Positions 49,807 to 57,670 of a DNA stretch of 64,000 nucleotides are shown here, in pieces (the first letter of the stretch is position 1; each line of letters begins with the position of its first letter). The position numbers and the translations under genes are program-made. Under the pieces are notes generated by a model, which saw only the letters and a program-made list of their open reading frames with translations, was not told where the DNA came from and searched no databases. The stretch is from an uncultured Pseudomonadota bacterium (lineage in GTDB: Bacteria; Pseudomonadota; Alphaproteobacteria; RF32; CAG-239): the NCBI GenBank assembly GCA_949300375.1, contig CASGEB010000003.1, positions 263 through 64,262 on the forward strand, read 5' to 3'.

Positions 49807-50037
49807 ATGGAAAATATGATTTTATTATTATTGGCGGCTATCGCTGTCTTGATTGTGAGATTGCGGATAAAAAACATTCGTTTGTCTCAAGCCAAAACGC
49901 TGCTGGCTGAAGAAAAATCAAAATGCACCACCTTGCTACGACAGAACAAGATGCTGCATTGCGAGATAGACAAACTTCAGCAGCAACGGCCTTTTCTTTT
50001 AATCAGGCATCAAACCGAGCAAAAAGCCGGAGCTTGA
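49807..50037 (+). CDS. Small TM + coiled-coil hypothetical protein
   Basis: MILLLLAAIAVLIV followed by a helical region; terminator follows. Confidence 0.55.
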   Translation: MENMILLLLAAIAVLIVRLRIKNIRLSQAKTLLAEEKSKCTTLLRQNKMLHCEIDKLQQQRPFLLIRHQTEQKAGA

Positions 50038-50081
50038 TAATTTGCACAAAAGAATTCCCGGAGAAAACCGGGAATTCTTTT

Positions 50082-50876
50082 TTATTTACTCTGATTTTTA
50101 TTATATTCGCTTTTTTCTTTCAAAAAAATTATTATTCCCAGCGGGATTGTCAAAGCATAAACCAACGTTGCAACGCCAAGCGTAAACCACGGCTGCGTAA
50201 TCACGGAACTGGCAAACCAGACGACAACCAGCATCAGAGGAATAAACATCCATACCGGCACTTTCATATGCTTGGTTGAAATCGTCGGTATCCGGCTGAC
50301 CATCAGCAGCGTTACAATGCAAAGCAGCGTTGCGCAAAAAGCATGAGACCGGACGATGTAGCTGTATTCCGGAAAGTCAAAAGAAACCAATACCGGCATA
50401 ATTGCCAAAGCTGCAGCTGCCGGAGCCGGAACGCCGACAAAGAAATGCAGCCAATATTCCGGCTGGGGCTGGTCTTCCAGCATTGTGTTAAAACGAGCCA
50501 GACGCATGGCCATACCGATTGACATCAGCAGGCAGAAAAACCAACCGAATTTCGGCAGATCAAACAACGACCATTGATAAAGCAAAATTGCCGGTGCTAC
50601 GCCGAAACTTACAAAATCGGAAAGAGAATCGAGTTCGGCACCAAATTTGGTCGAGCCTTTTAACATACGGGCAACCCGGCCGTCAAACCAATCGAACAAC
50701 GCTGCAATGAAAATGCACATAACAGCCTTCGTCCAATCTGCCTGAATAGAATAGCGGATAGAGGTTACCCCGGCGCAAAGAGCCAGCATTGTTACGATGT
50801 TCGGCGCAATTTTACGAAACGGCAGCGCTCTTAACTTATGCGGCGCCATTTTAAGTTTACGGTTTATTTTTTCCAT
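50082..50876 (-). CDS. pssA: CDP-diacylglycerol--serine O-phosphatidyltransferase
   Basis: DWFDGRVAR…FGAELDSLSDFVSFGVAPA, RLARFN. Confidence 0.95.
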   Translation of the reverse strand: MEKINRKLKMAPHKLRALPFRKIAPNIVTMLALCAGVTSIRYSIQADWTKAVMCIFIAALFDWFDGRVARMLKGSTKFGAELDSLSDFVSFGVAPAILLYQWSLFDLPKFGWFFCLLMSIGMAMRLARFNTMLEDQPQPEYWLHFFVGVPAPAAAALAIMPVLVSFDFPEYSYIVRSHAFCATLLCIVTLLMVSRIPTISTKHMKVPVWMFIPLMLVVVWFASSVITQPWFTLGVATLVYALTIPLGIIIFLKEKSEYNKNQSK

Positions 50877-51583
50877 CAGCGGACAACTCCTTTCATTTCG
50901 GGAGCACTGCTCTTCAGATTAGCCAAAATGGTTTCTCCGGCAATCATTGTCTGACCGAGACAAACCTGAGGCTCAACGCCTTCCGGCAGATAAACATCAA
51001 GGCGGGAGCCAAAACGGATGAGGCCGAATCTTTCACCAGCGCGGTATTCCTGCCCTTCTTTGGCTTCACATAAAATCCGGCGGGCAACAAGCCCGGCAAT
51101 TTGCACAAAAGCAATTTCTTTGCCGGAAGACGTTTTCATTGACAACAGCTGGCGTTCATTGTCTTTGCTGGCTTTATCCAGGGTTGCGTTCAAAAATTTG
51201 CCGGGGACATATACCGATTTCAAAATTTTGCCGGTTGCCGGGGCGCGATTGACGTGAACGTTAAATACGCTCATAAAAATGCTGATCCGGGTAAAAGACT
51301 TGTCCCCCATTTCCAACTCTTTCGGCGCTTTAACTTTGGCTATCATCTGAACCGTTCCGTCTGCAGGAGAAACGACAACATCCGGCGTATCCGGCGTAAT
51401 CCGCTCCGGATCGCGGAAAAAATAGTAGCACCATACAGTAAGTATAAGCCCCAGCCAGCCCAGCGGCTGCCATAAAACTGCCAGCATCGCAGTGATTGCC
51501 GCAAAGATGCCGACGAAACGCCATCCCTCATTATTGATATTGGGAAAAATATAACGGCGCCATGAAATATCAATTGTTTTCAT
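50876..51583 (-). CDS. psd: Phosphatidylserine decarboxylase proenzyme
   Basis: FFRDPER, SPADG, FNVHVNRAP, FGSR cleavage motif. Confidence 0.95.
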   Translation of the reverse strand: MKTIDISWRRYIFPNINNEGWRFVGIFAAITAMLAVLWQPLGWLGLILTVWCYYFFRDPERITPDTPDVVVSPADGTVQMIAKVKAPKELEMGDKSFTRISIFMSVFNVHVNRAPATGKILKSVYVPGKFLNATLDKASKDNERQLLSMKTSSGKEIAFVQIAGLVARRILCEAKEGQEYRAGERFGLIRFGSRLDVYLPEGVEPQVCLGQTMIAGETILANLKSSAPEMKGVVR

Positions 51584-51791
51584 CCGTAAAATTCCTTATA
51601 AATCTCTTTTCTGCCGGGACGCTGTCTCCTGCCGCAAAAAAAGAGTGATGATTTGTTAACGTTATTCAGTTTAAGCATATTTGCCTTAATACACAAGCAA
51701 AAGATTGGAGTTAATCCGCACCTTTTTGCTTTGTTTTTGATTTTTAGACTTGCATTTGTTTGAATTTGTATGTATAAAATTTTCAGATTGT

Positions 51792-51878
51792 GCGCTTGTG
51801 GCGGAATTGGTAGACGCTGCAGACTTAAAATCTGTTGGAGGCAACTCCGTGCCGGTTCGATTCCGGCCTAGCGCACCA
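51792..51878 (+). tRNA. tRNA-Leu (TAA)
   Basis: GCAGA-CT-TAA-AA-TCTGT anticodon arm, long variable arm, CCGGTTCGATTCCGG T-arm, CCA end; 87 nt. Confidence 0.95.
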
Positions 51879-52011
51879 TTTATTTTGCTTGAAAATCAAG
51901 CGCTTAAGTTGAGGGCTAGAGCTGAAAAGTTAAGCCCTTTAATTTTTTTAAATCCTTCAAAAACAAGCACTTACATTTTTGCTTTACAAAAAACAACCTT
52001 GGGAGAGCAAA

Positions 52012-52287
52012 ATGTCTGAAAACTGTATGGCAAACTGCATGGCATCTAAAATCCATTTGCAGTTGCGAAACAAAATTTTCTATTATAGAGTGGAATTACC
52101 AAGAGTTAACAACAAGAGAAGATACAAAATTATCTCTCTCCATACGCAAAACTATTTTGAAGCCCAAGAAAAAATTAAACTTACAAAAGCAAAACAACCA
52201 TGGAACAATCTTATTCCAACCATATTCAGCTACGACTTCCTTAAACCATATTTTGCAAAGCGGAAAAGCATCATAGCAAAGACGTAA
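52012..52287 (+). pseudogene. Truncated tyrosine-integrase N-terminal (arm-binding, DUF6538-like) fragment
   Basis: IFYYRVELP…KRRYKIISLHTQNYFEA pattern immediately 3' of tRNA-Leu; no catalytic domain follows. Confidence 0.55.
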
Positions 52288-52596
52288 GAAATTGCGTTCC
52301 CTCCATACTTTCTCTATCATTAATAGAAACAGCGTTAAAAACCAACAATTATAGTTTAGAAATCTTGATTTTTTGTAAAAGTCAAGAGTTTTTTTTGCAA
52401 AAAAGCTAAATTTTTGTCTACAAAGTGACTAAAAAATATGATATCTTAGCAACTGTAGTATTAAGAATATGTTTTATTATTTTCAATTCCGTTTCCGTAA
52501 TTTTTAACATTGTTAAATTTTATGCGTTATTTGGTTTTGTTTTTAATATTCATAATCTTAAATTGCAAATAATGTTTAACTATAAATAAAAAAATT

Positions 52597-53076
52597 ATGG
52601 AAACAATGGACAAAAATGAAATGAGAGGATTTGCAGAAGGTTTAATCGCTAACGGCGCTATAGTAAAAACTTATGCAAAATTTGCTCGTGTTCAGGCTCG
52701 TGAGGCTCAAGAAGGTGAAGTGATTGAAACTATCCTGGCTGATGGCCACAAAGAGACTAGCAATAAGGCAAATGCCGGTGATTGGATTGTTACCAACCCA
52801 GGCGGAGAAAGTTATATTGTTCCTGGAAACAAATTCGGGAAGAAATATGAACCAGCTCCTGAGCTTGGCGAAGGTTGGTACAAACCGACAGGCGGCGTTG
52901 CAAAGTTCTTACAGATAACAGAAGATATTTCTTTTATCTGCTCTTGGGGTGAAGCCCAAAATATGCGCGCCGGAAGTTTTATCTGTATTACCTCTTTGGA
53001 TGATATCTACGGAATTGCCGAACAGGAGTTCTATGATACATACAAGGAATGTGATGCTGAAGGAAACTTCTGCTAA
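52597..53076 (+). CDS. PGDYG-like protein with an internal two-fold repeat
   Basis: AGDWIVTNPGGESYIVPGNKFGKKYE and AGSFICITSLDDIYGIAEQEFYDTYKE. Confidence 0.6.
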   Translation: METMDKNEMRGFAEGLIANGAIVKTYAKFARVQAREAQEGEVIETILADGHKETSNKANAGDWIVTNPGGESYIVPGNKFGKKYEPAPELGEGWYKPTGGVAKFLQITEDISFICSWGEAQNMRAGSFICITSLDDIYGIAEQEFYDTYKECDAEGNFC

Positions 53077-53095
53077 ACTCATTTCTAAAACTATT

Positions 53096-53201
53096 GAACT
53101 CTCCCCCAAAAAGGAGAGTTCTTTTTGTATCCGGAAAACCACGTGCCAGGCGCGTGGTTTTCCGGATACAATAAACCCTGTAAAAAATTTACAGGGTTTA
53201 T
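53096..53201. terminator. Three back-to-back hairpins between convergent genes
   Basis: Stems at 53096-53121 (9 bp), 53126-53170 (18 bp perfect) and 53171-53201 (14 bp perfect). Confidence 0.75.
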
Positions 53202-53252
53202 GTATTTGGTATTTTACTGTTTGCCGCATCCGGGCAGGCTTTCTGCCGCCGG

Positions 53253-53498
53253 TTATCTGGCATACATCCGCATTAACGTCTGCATGGTTTCCGCACTTAA
53301 AGCGCTGCGGAAAGTCGGAAAATGCCTTGGTTCTTTTGACGTTTCCCGGTCTGATGCGGTTGCCGCCCGGGCGTTTTCCGTATGGTTTTCATTAGCAGCA
53401 GTCTCTTCCGAAAAATTTTCAGGAGTCCGTTTCAGACAGGCTGATTGTGTCTGAATCGAATGATTTTTTGAAGAAACTGATGTTATGTCAAAACTCAT
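53253..53498 (-). CDS. Small low-complexity hypothetical protein ending LSAETMQTLMRMYAR
   Basis: AAGGGG RBS before ATG at 53498; 81 aa. Confidence 0.55.
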   Translation of the reverse strand: MSFDITSVSSKNHSIQTQSACLKRTPENFSEETAANENHTENARAATASDRETSKEPRHFPTFRSALSAETMQTLMRMYAR

Positions 53499-53677
53499 TT
53501 TTTCCCCTTTTGTTTTAAGCTTATTTTGAGCGCAAAAAAGTTTAGCAGTTTTATCTGCTTTTCTGTCTCGCAATTCCCCTGGATTATTCTCCGCCCGGTG
53601 AGCGCCATTCTGGCGATGCCCCAGAGATTCTGAGGCCTGGGCTGTTTTAATGCGGTTTGCATAAGCTAAAAAGAATT

Positions 53678-53694
53678 GGTTAAAAATGCCTTAA
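53678..53694 (-). promoter_or_regulatory. CtrA-type box TTAA-N7-TTAAC
   Basis: Minus strand TTAAGGCATTTTTAACC. Confidence 0.55.
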
Positions 53695-53941
53695 TATTTT
53701 GATAAAAAAATGCTTCTGCCGGCAAAGGCTTTGATATTATATCAAATTATTTTTATCTATATATATTTATGTCGTATCATTATACCGCAAACCGGCAGTT
53801 TTCTGCTGTTTTCAGAGTTTTGGCGCCGGCAGCAGCAAGGAATCCCGGACTGGATTCGAAAAAATTTTATTTTTTGTTTGCAAGGGAAGGAAATTTAGAA
53901 TAAACCTATAGCATTATTAACCATTATCAGAGGATTTTCTC

Positions 53942-54715
53942 ATGACAAAAATTACATGGAAACCCGGAACAATTCTGGCTCCGGTGCCACCGGCGCTGAT
54001 TTCATCCGGAACGACGGACAAACCAAACGTTATGACAGCCGCCTGGACCGGCATTATCGCCTCAGAACCGGCAATGACTTATGTTTCTATCCGTCCGTCC
54101 CGTTATTCGCACGAGATTATCAGCCGGACAAAAGAGTTTGTCATCAATCTGCCGACGCTTGCCTTGGCCGCCGCCACTGATTTTTGCGGCGTCAAATCCG
54201 GGCGCAGCGTAGACAAGTTTAAAGAAATGAATCTTACACCCCTGCCATGTTCACAGGTTCAGGCTCCACAGATTGCAGAATCTCCGGTTTCTATGGAATG
54301 CAAGGTAAAAGACATTTATCATTACGGAACGCATGATATGTTTGTGGCCGAGATTGTTGCCGTTAATATCGACGACCGATATCTTGATGAAGACGGAAGG
54401 CTGGCTTTGGAAAAGGCCGGGCTTCTGGCTTATGTTCACGGGCATTATTATACTTTAGGAAGGCAGCTCGGGAAATTTGGTTTTTCGGTTGAAAAAAGCC
54501 GCCTTAAAATGATGCAGAAAATGGCCGACATAAAGGTTGAAGTTAAAGAAAGCAAAAAAGGCGCTTTGAAAAAAGATGAAAAGGTTATGCAGAAAGCGGC
54601 CCGCAAATTCAGCGGAAAATCAAAATTTGAACGCAGCCGGCCTCATACGCCAGAACTGAAACCAAAGAAAAAATACGGAAACGGGCGAGGTTTTCAAAAG
54701 AAAACCCGAAATTAA
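53942..54715 (+). CDS. Flavin reductase-like (flavoredoxin) protein with a long basic C-terminal extension
   Basis: LAPVPPALIS, NVMTAAW, SIRPSRYSH, EFVINLP, DFCGVKSGR, IAESPVSMEC, GTHDMFVAEI. Confidence 0.88.
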   Translation: MTKITWKPGTILAPVPPALISSGTTDKPNVMTAAWTGIIASEPAMTYVSIRPSRYSHEIISRTKEFVINLPTLALAAATDFCGVKSGRSVDKFKEMNLTPLPCSQVQAPQIAESPVSMECKVKDIYHYGTHDMFVAEIVAVNIDDRYLDEDGRLALEKAGLLAYVHGHYYTLGRQLGKFGFSVEKSRLKMMQKMADIKVEVKESKKGALKKDEKVMQKAARKFSGKSKFERSRPHTPELKPKKKYGNGRGFQKKTRN

Positions 54716-54765
54716 ACAAAAAGCTTCGTCCTCAACGGGCGAAGCTTTTACTTTTTTTTCAAAAA

Positions 54766-55248
54766 TCACTTAAGATTTTTCAGCTTTTTGCGAATTTCCA
54801 TCAGAATATTCCCAATGTTGTTCTCTCCGACATAAGAACCCTCTACTTTACAGACACCCCAATAAATGTCGCCTGACGTATTAAGCTTTACAATTTCCCG
54901 GTCGCCGGTAGCCAGAAGTTTTTGCCCCAAGTCTTTGTTGCCGTAAAACTTTTGCCAAAGGAGATCATACATAACCTTGTATTTCACATTTTTCCAGTCC
55001 GGCGTTGTGGCGTGGGTTACATACTTTTTGGCTTCTTCCGGAGTCATTCTTGAAATTTTTCGTTGAATGGCGGGATCCGCAATTTTTGCTGCCTGATAAG
55101 CAGTTTCAACATTGTCAAAAGGAATACCGTTCAATTGAATCACAATTTTTTCAGGATAGGCATTGCTTAAGAAATGATATTCTTCCACATAAAAGTTTGC
55201 AATTGCTTCCTGTTCACTGGTCTTGAATTGAAATCTTTGTGTTTTCAT
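54766..55248 (-). CDS. NADAR (YbiA-like) family protein
   Basis: FLSNAYP, FDNVETAYQAAK, WKNVKYKVM…KF…LLATGDREIV…DIYWG…GENNIGNILMEIR. Confidence 0.88.
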   Translation of the reverse strand: MKTQRFQFKTSEQEAIANFYVEEYHFLSNAYPEKIVIQLNGIPFDNVETAYQAAKIADPAIQRKISRMTPEEAKKYVTHATTPDWKNVKYKVMYDLLWQKFYGNKDLGQKLLATGDREIVKLNTSGDIYWGVCKVEGSYVGENNIGNILMEIRKKLKNLK

Positions 55249-55383
55249 TTTGATAAAATTTAAAATTATACGAATAAAAATTTTGTTTATTCTCGTTATA
55301 AACACCACCGAGGCTTAATTGTCAAGTAAAATCCCAATCCTTTTAAAAGAGAAAACCCCTCGTAAAAACGAGGGGCTGCCTGA

Positions 55384-56589
55384 TTATTGCGGACGGTTCT
55401 GCCAATATTGCAGTTCTTTTTGCATATTATGCCGGGCGGTCTCTTCCAGCATTTCCTTAAAGAAAGGAAGGTGAAAGATTTCCGCTTTCAGACAATTTTG
55501 CAAAAAAGACTTCCGACCAGAAGCAAAAGCTTTTTCATTAATTGCCGGATATTCGTTCCGAATACCGAGGCAATATCTGCCATAATTGAGTTCATCACCC
55601 AAAATTGCCATATCAATATCGCTTATCAGTTTTTCAGCCTCTGTTTCTCTTGACTTTTTCGGAGGATGAACCGTGGCCCGAATCAGTTTAGACACGAGTT
55701 CATTCTTTTTGTTAATATACAGTTTGCCGCTAACGTTTGCGATTGACTTTTCCTCAGAATCATCTTCTCCCCAAACATAATCATGATAAAACCAAGCATA
55801 AAGGAACAACTCTTTCGGAATATTTTTTTGCCCGCCAGATAAGCGGCAGAAAATATTAAAAAGATTTATTCCATAAGCCAGGTGACTCAGATTATGCCAT
55901 GAGCGTTGTTCATAAGCTTTACACAATTCATCCCAGGCTTTTTCCGGCTGACCGCCAAAGTACCCCGGAACAGTTCCGTGATAGGCTTCAATAAACGTTT
56001 TTTTCAGACATATCTTCATCATGGCATTATGCACCCGAGGGGCAACATATGGCATAGCTGCAATATATTCTTCCAATCCGCAGAGATTTCTGACGGCGGA
56101 AGAAGAAACATAGGTCAGATTCTCCTGCGGAACAGGAATCAAATCCATTACCAAAGAACGACGGCGGACAGACAAAAGCTGTTTGTTGATGATTGACTGA
56201 TACATTTCATCGGCGTCGTCTCCGACGATTCTTTTTCCCCGAATCAATGCTGTTGCCCCATAGTATAATGCGGCATCAACAGTCAGGCTGTCATAAGAAA
56301 CAATATCAAGGCAGTCTTCTTTTTCCAAGCGGGTCAAGGCTTTTTCTTCCGATACAGAAAAAACGTATCCGCAAAGGCGGCGATTTTGCCAAAGGTTTAA
56401 AAAATCCTGCAAACTCTGCCGTACCAGTTCTTTTCGTTTATCTATGCCAAAGAAGTGTTTTTTCTTGTCGGGATTTTCGCCGATACCGACAATCACTTTG
56501 TCATAAGAACACAAGGCTTCACAAACAATTCGGAAATGTCCGACGGTAAAAGGATCAAAAGATCCGGCATAAAAAGCTATCTTTTCCAT
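55384..56589 (-). CDS. CoaD-like adenylyltransferase fused to an HD-family (COG4339-like) phosphohydrolase
   Basis: YAGSFDPFTVGH, LIRG, VSSSAVR; C-half WHNLSH, FYHD, DIDMAILG, IRNEY, GRKSFL. Confidence 0.8.
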   Translation of the reverse strand: MEKIAFYAGSFDPFTVGHFRIVCEALCSYDKVIVGIGENPDKKKHFFGIDKRKELVRQSLQDFLNLWQNRRLCGYVFSVSEEKALTRLEKEDCLDIVSYDSLTVDAALYYGATALIRGKRIVGDDADEMYQSIINKQLLSVRRRSLVMDLIPVPQENLTYVSSSAVRNLCGLEEYIAAMPYVAPRVHNAMMKICLKKTFIEAYHGTVPGYFGGQPEKAWDELCKAYEQRSWHNLSHLAYGINLFNIFCRLSGGQKNIPKELFLYAWFYHDYVWGEDDSEEKSIANVSGKLYINKKNELVSKLIRATVHPPKKSRETEAEKLISDIDMAILGDELNYGRYCLGIRNEYPAINEKAFASGRKSFLQNCLKAEIFHLPFFKEMLEETARHNMQKELQYWQNRPQ

Positions 56590-56659
56590 ACAAAAAATAA
56601 TTTAATTAATAATTCTTTTAAGAATTTTGCATTTTATGCCGGAATTTTATTATGTCAAG

Positions 56660-57361
56660 CTATTTACGCAAATCAAAATCAGAAAAAATCTGCTGAAGAT
56701 GCGCCGTCAGTTCAGGATTATTGAAAAACTGCTCGCACTGCCAGTCCTGCGTTACGGTATCTGACGGAACCGGGCGGTATTTTTGCAAATGGTAGCTCTT
56801 GACGCCGCGCTTTTTGAGTTCTTCGGCGATGGCATAGATATCTTCTATGCTCAAAATGCGGGGATCGCAGGTTGTGCGGCATTCAAAGGAGATTCCGCTG
56901 TCCAAAAGCAGCTGCAGACTTTCTAAAGCCCTGGCGAGATGATTGGCTCCGCCGACGGCTTTTTGATATTTTTCCGCGACAAAGGGCGCTTTGATGTCAA
57001 AACCCACCCAGTCCAGCAGAGGCAAAATTTTCTTCAGATGTTCCGGACGGTAACCCCCTGTATGCAAACCGATTTTATACCCCAAAGCTTTTACTTCTCT
57101 GATTTTGCTTTCCAGCGCATCTTGCACGAGCGGCTCTCCGCCGCTAAAAACGACGGCATCCAAAGCCTTTGTCCGCTTTTGCAAAAACTCAAAAATCACT
57201 TTCCAGTCATGATTCCCGTTCTGGCCGATTTTTTGCAGTTCGGTATTGTAGCAAAACGGACAACGCCACGGACATCCCTGCAGAAAAATAACCGCCGCCA
57301 CCTGTCCGGGATAATCTACCAAACTAAAACGCTCAATGCCGCCGATATTTATCTCTTCCAT
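56660..57361 (-). CDS. nrdG: Anaerobic RNR activating radical-SAM protein
   Basis: SLVDYPG, GCPWRCPFCYN (CxxxCxxC), FSGGEP. Confidence 0.92.
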   Translation of the reverse strand: MEEINIGGIERFSLVDYPGQVAAVIFLQGCPWRCPFCYNTELQKIGQNGNHDWKVIFEFLQKRTKALDAVVFSGGEPLVQDALESKIREVKALGYKIGLHTGGYRPEHLKKILPLLDWVGFDIKAPFVAEKYQKAVGGANHLARALESLQLLLDSGISFECRTTCDPRILSIEDIYAIAEELKKRGVKSYHLQKYRPVPSDTVTQDWQCEQFFNNPELTAHLQQIFSDFDLRK

Positions 57362-57441
57362 TCTTTACCTCTTATAAAAATCCCCGGTATGATGAAAGAT
57401 TATCCTACCGGGGATTGTTTTTTTAACAAAGCGTTTAAGAA

Positions 57442-57639
57442 TTACTCTGCTGCAACATCCATTGCATCAAATTTTACGGCTTTGCTTTCACAGAAGCATA
57501 CACGGGAGTAAAACTCAGATTTTTTGCCCTTGTTGAACTCGGAAACCGGACGGTGATAGCCCATTACTCTGGTCCAGATTTCGCAGGGTTGTCTTTCTTC
57601 ATCGCTTAATTTTACATCTTCAAAATTAACAGTATTCAT
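57442..57639 (-). CDS. Small NrdD C-terminal (glycyl-radical loop) protein
   Basis: CEIWTRVMGYHRPV…NKGKKSEF; GGAG RBS. Confidence 0.85.
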   Translation of the reverse strand: MNTVNFEDVKLSDEERQPCEIWTRVMGYHRPVSEFNKGKKSEFYSRVCFCESKAVKFDAMDVAAE

Positions 57640-57670
57640 TTCTTTCTCCATTTGTTGATTGAATTTTACT

